A stretch of DNA of 64,000 nt from an uncultured delta proteobacterium (lineage in GTDB: Bacteria; Myxococcota; Myxococcia; Myxococcales; Myxococcaceae): contig CAVYSY010000039.1 in assembly GCA_963771175.1 (NCBI GenBank), positions 352,001-416,000 of the forward strand. Reading direction: 5' to 3'. The position numbers were made by a program, and so were the translations under genes. This document shows positions 21,311-29,455 of the stretch, in pieces; position 1 is the stretch's first letter, and the number at the start of each line of letters is the position of its first letter. The notes under the pieces are model-generated. The model made no database searches. It was not told where the DNA came from and saw only the letters and a list, made by a program, of their open reading frames with translations.

Positions 21311-22956
21311 GCGCGAGTGCGGTCCGCGCGAAGCGCCTGGCGGCCCTGCTGTTCGGGGTCGCCGGCACCACCGTCCTCTTGGGGCTGTTCGGGCGCATGG
21401 AGGCGCGCTGGGTGGCGGTCGGCTGGGTGGCGCTCGTGCCCTGGTTGTGGGCGCTGGACCGCGCCGGCTCCAGGCGCGAGGCCGTGCTCTCGGGTGTGGC
21501 GCTCGGCATGGCCTTCACCGCGACCGTCGTCGGGTGGTTCCCCGCGGCGATCCAGAGCTACTCCGGTGCGCCCCTGGCGCTGTGCTGGCTCGCCTTCCTG
21601 GTGCTGGCGCCCCTGATGGAGCTGCAGTTCATCACCTTCGCGCTGGCGCGCCACCACCTGCGCCAGGGCCGCGCGGAGGGCCCTCGGGCCTTCTGGTACG
21701 TCACGCTCACGGGTGCGCTCGTCTACGTGGGCACCGAGTGGCTGTGCCCCAAGCTCTTCGCCGTCACCCTGGGGCAGGGCTTCTACCCGTCCGAGCTGCT
21801 GCGGCAGGGCGCGGACATCGCGGGGACACACGGTCTCACGCTCGTCATCCTCATCAGCAACGAGTGCGTGCTCGCCGCGGGGAAGGCGCTCGTGGCGCAG
21901 GGCCCTCGCGTGGGCTGGCGGCGCGCGCTGGCGCCCCTGTCCGTGCTGGCGGCGCTGGTGCTGGGCGGGCTCGGGTACGGGCAGCTCCGCTACTGGCAGG
22001 TGGCCGAGCACAAGGCGAAGGCGCCGGACCTCGTGGTGGGCATCGTGCAGGCCAACATCACGAAGTACGAGAAGCTCGCGGCCGAGCTGGGCACGTACGA
22101 CGTGGTCCGGATGATCCTGGACACGCACTACCGGCTCTCGGACGAGCTGCTGCGGAACCGGAAGCTGGACCTGATCGTCTGGCCCGAGACGGTGTACCCG
22201 ACGACCTTCGGCTCGCCCAAGAGCGAGGCGGGCGCGGAGTTCGACGCGGAGATCAACGCGTTCGTCTCGCAGCGCCGGGTGCCGCTCCTCTTCGGCACGT
22301 ATGACCTGGAGGAGGAGCGCGAGTACAACGCCGCCATGTTCCTGGGCCCGGGACGGGACGGGTCGCTGGCGCGCTCGGCGTACCGCAAGACGATGCTCTT
22401 CCCGCTGACCGAGTGGGTGCCCGAGTCGATCGACTCGCCATGGCTCCGCGAGCGGATGCCCTGGACGGGCTACTGGAAGCGAGGTCCCGGCCCCCGGACG
22501 CTGGCGCTCCAACTGAGCGAGGGCCGCTCGCTCATCCTCGCCCCCCTCATCTGCTACGAGTCCATCTTCCCCGGCTACGTCGCCGAGGAGGCCCGCGGAG
22601 GCGCCGAGCTGATCATGACGCTGTCCAACGACTCATGGTTCTCGGGGACGCCGGCGCCCCGGCAGCACCTGATGCACGCGGTGTTTCGCAGCATCGAGAC
22701 GCGGCTGCCGCAGGTGCGCGTCACCAACTCGGGCATCTCCGCCCTCATCACGCCCACGGGCGAGGTGCTCACCGAGGTGCCGGACGCTCAACGCGGAAGC
22801 GTGGCCGTGACGGTCCCCCCGAACCCGCGCCTGTCCACGCTGATGGTGGCCTGGGGTGACTGGCTGCGCCCCACCGCCCTCGTGCTGAGCCTCGTGCTGC
22901 TCCTCGCGCCCTCGCTCCTGGCGCGACGGAATGCACGTCCGAGCACGGGAGTTTGA
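21307..22956 (+). CDS. lnt: Apolipoprotein N-acyltransferase
   Basis: TM N-terminus, VQANI, VWPE, YRK..LFPLTE, ICYES, LSNDSWF, RVTNSGIS; E-K-C triad intact. Confidence 0.88.
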   Translation: MSASAVRAKRLAALLFGVAGTTVLLGLFGRMEARWVAVGWVALVPWLWALDRAGSRREAVLSGVALGMAFTATVVGWFPAAIQSYSGAPLALCWLAFLVLAPLMELQFITFALARHHLRQGRAEGPRAFWYVTLTGALVYVGTEWLCPKLFAVTLGQGFYPSELLRQGADIAGTHGLTLVILISNECVLAAGKALVAQGPRVGWRRALAPLSVLAALVLGGLGYGQLRYWQVAEHKAKAPDLVVGIVQANITKYEKLAAELGTYDVVRMILDTHYRLSDELLRNRKLDLIVWPETVYPTTFGSPKSEAGAEFDAEINAFVSQRRVPLLFGTYDLEEEREYNAAMFLGPGRDGSLARSAYRKTMLFPLTEWVPESIDSPWLRERMPWTGYWKRGPGPRTLALQLSEGRSLILAPLICYESIFPGYVAEEARGGAELIMTLSNDSWFSGTPAPRQHLMHAVFRSIETRLPQVRVTNSGISALITPTGEVLTEVPDAQRGSVAVTVPPNPRLSTLMVAWGDWLRPTALVLSLVLLLAPSLLARRNARPSTGV

Positions 22957-23237
22957 GGGTACTGTCGATCGAGGTAAGAGCCACCGGATTCCATGGAATC
23001 CTCGCCCCTGTCCCACGGGGGGCTACAGGTGGGTGTTGACCTACCTGGATTTAAGGTGGCATCTCCGGTCCTGGTGCTTAACTTACGGAGAACGGCGTTC
23101 CGCTCCGAGCGCACAGGCCGGCCTTGCTCTCGCTGGCCTGCTCGGCGGAACTGTTCATTTGCTTCAAGACTGTTAAGTACGGGCCTCGTCTCGGGAAGGA
23201 GACGGGCTTCTCCCTCACTCTCTTCCATTGGAGTCCT

Positions 23238-23417
23238 ATGACCGTCACATTCATCAAGCGGCAAAAAGAGCGAGCGCGTCAGCAGCGCAACCAGGAGAAG
23301 GTGGTCAAGCGCGAGGAGCGCAAGCGCCAGAAGGCCGATCGCCCCACCGCGGAGGCCGGAGTGGACCCGGACATCGCGCACATCGTCGCGGGCCCCCAGC
23401 CTCCGCTGGAAATGTGA
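23238..23417 (+). CDS. Small basic protein (59 aa)
   Basis: TTGGAG RBS; MTVTFIKRQKERARQQRNQEK...GVDPDIAHIVAGPQP; followed by a terminator. Confidence 0.7.
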   Translation: MTVTFIKRQKERARQQRNQEKVVKREERKRQKADRPTAEAGVDPDIAHIVAGPQPPLEM

Positions 23418-23450
23418 GCCTGCTTCTACCCGTCATGCGAACACTTCTTG

Positions 23451-23483
23451 GGCCGTGTCCGGATTCTCGGGCACGGCCTTTTT
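23451..23483 (+). terminator. Rho-independent terminator
   Basis: GGCCGTGTCCG-loop-CGGGCACGGCC followed by TTTTT. Confidence 0.75.
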
Positions 23484-23668
23484 CGTGCTCCCCACAAGAC
23501 CCAAGGCCCCCTCCTCGCGAGGTCTCCCCACGTCCTGGCTAACGGGGCGAGTGTCTGGCTGCCTGGGTCACATCGGGTGCCGACCCCTTCTGTTCTGCGA
23601 CACCCATACCCCGGGGTGATGGCGACATGGGAAGTCGCTCCCCAGGGTGATGGTGGAGGGAACAGTTC

Positions 23669-24883
23669 ATGAGAAAGCCCCGGGCCGGCTGGTTGGCTGG
23701 CATCGCCTGCATTGGCATCGCGCTGGGAGGGCTCTCCTGCTCCAAGCGTCCAGCACCGGAGGAGGATGCCGGAACAGGAGGCGCGGGAGAGTCAGCGCCC
23801 CTGGGTCAGGCCGCCGCGAAGCAGGGTGGCGAGGAGATCGCCCTGGAGGTGCTCGACCTGAGCGTCGGCGACCCGGGAAAGGACGAGGGCTCGCGAACCT
23901 CCTTCGTGACGGGGGAGCCCATCTCCACGCGGGGCCGCGTGCGCAACGCGGAGGAGCTCGAGGACCGCATCCAGTGGCACCTCCAGCCGGTGGGGCCGCA
24001 GACGGCGGACGCCGACCCCACCGCGCACGAGGGACAGGAGGCCGTCTTCCGCGCCTTCTCGCGCGTGGGCACGGCGGGCAGCCGCAAGCCCAACCCCCCG
24101 CTGGAGTACGACGTGGTGGCCTCGATTCCCCTGGAGAACGGAGAGACGCTCCAGGTGCGCCTGCCTTCCACCACCTACCTCCATCAGGACGAGGAGGACG
24201 TGCTGCGGCAGGAGTACGTCGACTTCGGAACGAAATTCCGGCCGAACCGCGCGCAGATCTCCATCCCGGCCCAGCGCACCTTCAACACGGGCAACTACAC
24301 CGTCATCACCGAGGAGGACACGGGCGGGCTGGCGCGCATGCTGGGCCAGTTGGACGAGCGGATCCGCGCCCTCCTCAACAACGACGTGCAGGAGAAGCCG
24401 GTGGGAACGCGCGGGCTGGCGCCGAGTACGGTGGTGGTGTCTCCTGGCGCGCCCATCCTCAAGGTGGGGGCGCTCGGGGACACCGATCCCCAGGGAGATG
24501 ACCTCTGTGCGGGCCCCCTCGTGGGTGGGCGGTGCACGGGCTCCATTCTCGCCGGGCCGAATGGCACCGCTGACACGCGCGCCAACAACCGCGCGACGCA
24601 ATTGAAGCTGGAGGACTTCGTCAGCAGTGCCTTCCGAAACCCGCAGCGCAACCGCGCCGCCGGCTCCGTCGTCCTCGACAGCTTCCACACCCGCGGGCGC
24701 GCGCTGGACCTCGATCCGCGCCTGATGCCCGTCCCCGGGAAGACGCCACAGCAGTTGATGTGCATCGTCGAAGCGGCCGGGGACACGGTCGTCGGTGAGA
24801 GCGACTCCTTCACCGAGCGCGGCGCCACCCGCTTCCTCGATTGCAACGACCCGATGGCCGACCACGTTCATGTCGAGCGCTGA
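23669..24883 (+). CDS. Lipoprotein with C-terminal peptidase M15/LAS-like metallopeptidase motif
   Basis: Lipobox GLSC; SSAFRNPQRN...SFHTRGRALDL...DHVHV (H-x6-D, HxH). Confidence 0.7.
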   Translation: MRKPRAGWLAGIACIGIALGGLSCSKRPAPEEDAGTGGAGESAPLGQAAAKQGGEEIALEVLDLSVGDPGKDEGSRTSFVTGEPISTRGRVRNAEELEDRIQWHLQPVGPQTADADPTAHEGQEAVFRAFSRVGTAGSRKPNPPLEYDVVASIPLENGETLQVRLPSTTYLHQDEEDVLRQEYVDFGTKFRPNRAQISIPAQRTFNTGNYTVITEEDTGGLARMLGQLDERIRALLNNDVQEKPVGTRGLAPSTVVVSPGAPILKVGALGDTDPQGDDLCAGPLVGGRCTGSILAGPNGTADTRANNRATQLKLEDFVSSAFRNPQRNRAAGSVVLDSFHTRGRALDLDPRLMPVPGKTPQQLMCIVEAAGDTVVGESDSFTERGATRFLDCNDPMADHVHVER

Positions 24884-24905
24884 AGTCCGGAAAGGAAGCC
24901 CGCGC

Positions 24906-26198
24906 ATGCGTCGTCACACCTTGCATCTGTTCGCCTGCTCCATCCTCCTGGCCTCGGCGGCCTGCACCCACCGGCCCACCCCGGCTCCGAGCCGTCCCTC
25001 CGAGAGCCCTCCCGCCGAGAGCCCTCCCTCCGAGAGCCCTCCCTCCGAGAGCCCTCCCTCCGAGAGTGGCCCCTCCACGGGCACGGGTGGCTCCTCCACG
25101 AGTGGCACCTCCGAGAGCAGCCCCTCACCGGGTGTCCCTTCCCAGGGTGTCCCTTCACCGGGTGGCCCCTCCACCAGAGCGCGGCCCCCGTCCTATGTGC
25201 CCTCTCCCCCCTCACCGGCGGCCCGCGAGGCCCTGCGGCTCTTCCAGGTGGGATGCCCGGCCGAGGGCTTCGACGATGCCTTGTGCGAGAAGGCCGTGCG
25301 CCAGCTCGAAGCCGTCGTGCGTGAGGATCCGCGCCAGCTCGATGCGCAGCTCGCGCTCGCGGATGCCGTCTGGAACCTGGCCTTCCGCCAGCCCGAGGGC
25401 AGCGCGCAGCGCGCACGGCTCCGCCAGCGCTCGCTCGACCGCTACCAGCAACTCGTGGACCTGAGCGTCCCGGATGCGCGGCCGTACTACGAGCTCAGCG
25501 TGCTGACACGGGGCCCGGACACCCGGATCCGGCTGCTCCGGCGCACCCTGGAGCTCGAACCGAAGCACCCCGAGGCCCATGAGGACCTGGCGTGGCTTCT
25601 GCTGGAACAGGGCAAGACGGACGAGGCCGTGCGCGAGTACCGCATCCACCTCACGCTCAACCCGAGTCGGGACCGTGCGGACGCGCTCGAGGACATCCGC
25701 TTCGCGGGCAGGCTCGCCGAGCTCGGGCGCGTGCGCGAGGCGGCCGAGGTGTACGACGCCGTCTGGGATGCCATGCGCAACGAGAGCCGCGCCGAGCGCT
25801 GCCAGGTGTTCAAGACCGTGGACCTCGATCCCTATGAGCGCATCGGTGCCCGCTTCGCTCGGCAGGTCCGAGAAATCCGCGCCGCCTGCTCCGACATGCC
25901 CGGCCTGGAGCGCGCCCAGGAGCTGGAGCGCCAGGGGCAGGACGATGCCGCCGCGCGGGAGTTGGAGCGCCAGATCCAGCAGAACCCCGTCCCGGTGGAG
26001 CCGTACCTCGAGCTGGAGCGCCTCCACCTGAAGCACGGCAGAGTGAACGAGGCGGCGGCCGTCATGACGCGCTACTTCCAGCGGGAGAAGGACCCCGAGG
26101 AGCGCTGCCGGCACTTCAGGACCCTGTCCCCCGAGACGACGCGGGCCATGGATCCAGCCCTCGTCAACGAATGGGACCGCACCTGCCGAGGGCGGTGA
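24906..26198 (+). CDS. TPR-containing lipoprotein with Pro/Ser-rich N-terminal linker
   Basis: Lipobox SAAC; TPR-like LELEPKHPEAHEDLAWLLLEQGKTDEAVREY. Confidence 0.75.
   Translation: MRRHTLHLFACSILLASAACTHRPTPAPSRPSESPPAESPPSESPPSESPPSESGPSTGTGGSSTSGTSESSPSPGVPSQGVPSPGGPSTRARPPSYVPSPPSPAAREALRLFQVGCPAEGFDDALCEKAVRQLEAVVREDPRQLDAQLALADAVWNLAFRQPEGSAQRARLRQRSLDRYQQLVDLSVPDARPYYELSVLTRGPDTRIRLLRRTLELEPKHPEAHEDLAWLLLEQGKTDEAVREYRIHLTLNPSRDRADALEDIRFAGRLAELGRVREAAEVYDAVWDAMRNESRAERCQVFKTVDLDPYERIGARFARQVREIRAACSDMPGLERAQELERQGQDDAAARELERQIQQNPVPVEPYLELERLHLKHGRVNEAAAVMTRYFQREKDPEERCRHFRTLSPETTRAMDPALVNEWDRTCRGR
24996..25066 (+). repeat. 15-bp tandem repeat (CCCTCCGAGAGCCCT, about 4.7 copies) encoding PSESP
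   Basis: Directly visible; one copy has a T>G change (PAESP). Confidence 0.85.
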
Positions 26199-26303
26199 GG
26201 GAGTCCTCGGCATCGCCCCCCCCCGTGACGCCGAGGTGCCTGCTGGGTGTATGGTGCCGGCCGATTCGCCCAGGGGGGCGTCTTGCACCGAGTACCATCA
26301 CCC

Positions 26304-27320
26304 ATGAAGCGTTTGCTGCTGGCTGTTCTGACCCTGGTGACCTTCCTTCCGGATCCGGCTCTCGCCGCGCGCCAGATGCGCGTCACCCTTCCCAACAAGA
26401 CGAAGAACGCCTGTATCCGCAAGGCGGCCCGTCTCTCCTCCGCCCTCAAGTACGAGGCCGCCCTCGACCTGCTCTCCACGCCCGGGTGCTCCGAGAACCT
26501 CGGGGACGAGGAGCTGCTGTGGGTGGACCTGATGCAGGGCGTCCTGTACCAGGGCCTCGAGCAGACGGAACAGGCGGAGGAGTCCTTCTGCCGTGCGTTG
26601 CTGCAGGAGCCCCTGGCCAGCCTGCCGCTCGCCAGGCCGCCCGCGGACCTGGACGAGATCTTCGAGAAGATGAGGGCCGAGTGCCCGGAGCGGGAGAAGG
26701 CCAAGGCCGAGCAGCTCGCCAAGGCCAAGGCCGAGGCAGATGCCGCGGCTGCGGCCGCCGCGGCGACCCCGGTGGTGGCGGAGGTCACCCCCCCACCGAC
26801 CGCCGATCCAATTCTGCTGGCCCCCCTCGTCAACGAGCCCACCCAGGGGCTCTCGCTCCGCGACTCGTTCGAGCTGCACGCCGGTGTGCACGGCGAGGCC
26901 GATATGCAGAGGGTGACGACGCCCATGCCGCTGTGGGGCGCGAGCGTGCAGGGCTCGGTGCATCTCGTCCACGGACTGAGGGCGGGAGCGGGCCTCACGG
27001 CGCTCGCCTCCACGAGGTTCTCCTCCGGGCCCATCTTCCTGCTGCTGGCGGACGTGCGCCTGGCCTATCCGATCCTCCCTCCGAGTGAGCGCCTGGGCCT
27101 GCACGTGTATGCGATGGGAGGGCCGCTGCTCTACACGATGGACTCTCCGGCGGGCGGCGCGAGGGCCGGCCTCGGGCTGAGCCTGGACCTGTCCAAGGTG
27201 CGCGTATCCCTGGGTGGCGCCTACGAGTGGCGGAGCCATTACCGCCTGGGCTACGGGGCGCCGATGGCCTTTCTGGAGCTGAGCTGGAAGCTCTCGGGCC
27301 CGCCCCGCGCGAGCCCCTGA
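26304..27320 (+). CDS. Secreted protein: helical/TPR-like N-domain plus probable C-terminal beta-barrel
   Basis: Signal peptide MKRLLLAVL; helical N-part; alternating beta-strand pattern at C-terminus. Confidence 0.6.
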   Translation: MKRLLLAVLTLVTFLPDPALAARQMRVTLPNKTKNACIRKAARLSSALKYEAALDLLSTPGCSENLGDEELLWVDLMQGVLYQGLEQTEQAEESFCRALLQEPLASLPLARPPADLDEIFEKMRAECPEREKAKAEQLAKAKAEADAAAAAAAATPVVAEVTPPPTADPILLAPLVNEPTQGLSLRDSFELHAGVHGEADMQRVTTPMPLWGASVQGSVHLVHGLRAGAGLTALASTRFSSGPIFLLLADVRLAYPILPPSERLGLHVYAMGGPLLYTMDSPAGGARAGLGLSLDLSKVRVSLGGAYEWRSHYRLGYGAPMAFLELSWKLSGPPRASP

Positions 27321-27348
27321 GGGACTGGCTCTCGGCGGAGAAGCTGGC

Positions 27349-29310
27349 TCAGAGCGAGGCGGAGGCCTCGGCCAGCTTCTCCTGCGCCGCTTCCCACCGC
27401 GCATAGAGCTGCTCCAGCTCATCCTTGCCCGCGCGGTGCGTGTCCATCAGCGGCTTGGCCTTCGCGAAGTCGTTGTAGAGCACCGGGTCCGCGAGCTGCG
27501 CCTCGCGCTCCTTCTGCGCCGCCTCCAGCTTGGAGATCGCCTCTTCGATCCTGGCGATCTCCTTCTTGATGGGGCCCTCCACGGCGCTGCGCTTCTGCCG
27601 CGCCTCGGCCTCCATCCGCTTGCGCTCCTTCTCGGACATGCCCGCCGTCGGAGCCTTCTCCGCCAGCCGCTCGCCCAGCCCCGCCGCCTCGGCCGCCAGC
27701 CGCAGCTGCTCCTGGTGGTACAGGTACTCGTCCAGGTTGCCCGTGTGCGACTCCACCTTGCCGCCCACCACGTCCCAGACGTGCGTCGCCAGCCCGTTCA
27801 CGAAGCTCCGGTTGTGCGACACGAACACCAGCGTCCCGCCGTACCCCTGGAGCGCCTCGATCAGCATCTCCGTCGAGTCCAGGTCCAGGTGGTTGGTGGG
27901 CTCGTCCATCAGCAGCAGGTTGGAGGGCACCAGCAGCAGCTTCGCGAGCGCCACGCGCGCCCGCTCTCCACCGCTCAGCACGCCCACCGGCTTGTCCACG
28001 TCGTCGCCCGAGAACATGAACGAGCCGAGCACCCCGCGGATGAAGCTCTCCGGCTTGTCCGCCGCCAGCGGGCGCACCTCTTCGATGATGGTGTTGTGCT
28101 TGTCCAGCTTGTCCCCGTGGTGCTGGGCGTAATACCCCATCACCACGTTGTGCCCGAGCTTCACCGTGCCGCCATCCGGCACCAGCTCGCCCGCGATGAT
28201 CTTCAGCAGCGTCGTCTTGCCCGCGCCGTTCGCGCCCACCACGGCGATCCGCTGCCCGCGCTCCACCCGCGCGTCCAGCCCCGAGTACACCACCGTGTCC
28301 CCGTAGCGCTTCTGGATGCCCTCCAGCAGCACCACGTCGCGCCCCGAGCGCTCCACCTCCGGGAAGCGGAAGCGCATGGTGGCCCGCTCCTCGAGCACCT
28401 GCACGTCCTCCATCTTCTCCAGCATCTTCGCGCGGCTCTGCGCCTGCCGCGCCTTGGTGGCCTTCGCGCCGAAGCGGTCGATGAACGCCTGCAGCTCCGC
28501 CTTGCGCGCCTCGACGCGCTCGGACTGGGCCTTGAGCTGCTCCATCTCCTCGGCGCGCTGCCGCTTGTACGTGTCGTAGTTGCCCACGTACGAGCGCAGC
28601 CCCTCCATCTCCAGCGAGAGGATGCGGCCCACCTGCCGGTTGAGGAAGTCGCGATCGTGCGAGATGAGCACCAGCGCCTTGTTCGAGCGCTTCAGGAAGC
28701 CGTCGAACCACGCCAGCGTCGGCACGTCCAGGTGGTTGGTGGGCTCGTCCATCAGCAGCAGGTCCGGGTCCTGCAGCAGCAGGCCCGCCAGGGCCGCGCG
28801 CATCCGCCAGCCGCCACTCAGCGCCCCCGTGGGCTTGGCCAGATCCGCCTCGCGGAACCCCAGGCCCTTGAGGATGCGCTCGGCGTGGTGCCGCCCGTAG
28901 TGCTCCTCGAAGTGGTCCAGCTCCGCGTGCAGGTCCGCCAGCGTCTGGGCCAGCTCGAGCTGCTCTTCCTCGCTCGTCGCCTCGGCGAGCGCGGCCTCGG
29001 TCTCCCGCAGGCGCGTCTCCAGCGAGTCCCGGCCGGGTACGGTGCTCATCACCGCATCCACCACCGAGCCCTGGGGCAGGCCCGCCAGCTCCTGGGGCAG
29101 GTAGCCGATGCGCGCCTTGCGCCGGTAGGTGATGGTGCCCGAGTCCGGGTGCTGGGCCCCGGCGAGGATCTTCATCAGCGAGCTCTTCCCCGTGCCGTTG
29201 GCCCCTACCAGGCCCACGCGGTCCTTGGGACCGAGGGTGAAGCTTTCATCGTCGAAGAGAACCTTCTTCCCGTAGGAGAGGCAGATGTCCTGGGCAATCG
29301 CGAGACTCAT
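27349..29310 (-). CDS. ABC-F family ATPase (YheS/Uup-like)
   Basis: Two ABC cassettes (GANGTGKS, LSGGWRMR, DEPTNHLD; GANGAGKT, LSGGE, DEPTNHLD), no TM segments, C-terminal coiled coil. Confidence 0.93.
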   Translation of the reverse strand: MSLAIAQDICLSYGKKVLFDDESFTLGPKDRVGLVGANGTGKSSLMKILAGAQHPDSGTITYRRKARIGYLPQELAGLPQGSVVDAVMSTVPGRDSLETRLRETEAALAEATSEEEQLELAQTLADLHAELDHFEEHYGRHHAERILKGLGFREADLAKPTGALSGGWRMRAALAGLLLQDPDLLLMDEPTNHLDVPTLAWFDGFLKRSNKALVLISHDRDFLNRQVGRILSLEMEGLRSYVGNYDTYKRQRAEEMEQLKAQSERVEARKAELQAFIDRFGAKATKARQAQSRAKMLEKMEDVQVLEERATMRFRFPEVERSGRDVVLLEGIQKRYGDTVVYSGLDARVERGQRIAVVGANGAGKTTLLKIIAGELVPDGGTVKLGHNVVMGYYAQHHGDKLDKHNTIIEEVRPLAADKPESFIRGVLGSFMFSGDDVDKPVGVLSGGERARVALAKLLLVPSNLLLMDEPTNHLDLDSTEMLIEALQGYGGTLVFVSHNRSFVNGLATHVWDVVGGKVESHTGNLDEYLYHQEQLRLAAEAAGLGERLAEKAPTAGMSEKERKRMEAEARQKRSAVEGPIKKEIARIEEAISKLEAAQKEREAQLADPVLYNDFAKAKPLMDTHRAGKDELEQLYARWEAAQEKLAEASASL

Positions 29311-29455
29311 GGCGGATCCGGGGGTGTAACAGCCCGGCGGCCCCACGGGAACGGCCGATATGCCTGCCCGCTCCCTCCCCACGCCAAAAACCAGGGCATC
29401 CCCCCGTCAGTCCCCCTGCCCGGCGCCGCTCGGGTTGCCTATACTCGGCCGCCTG

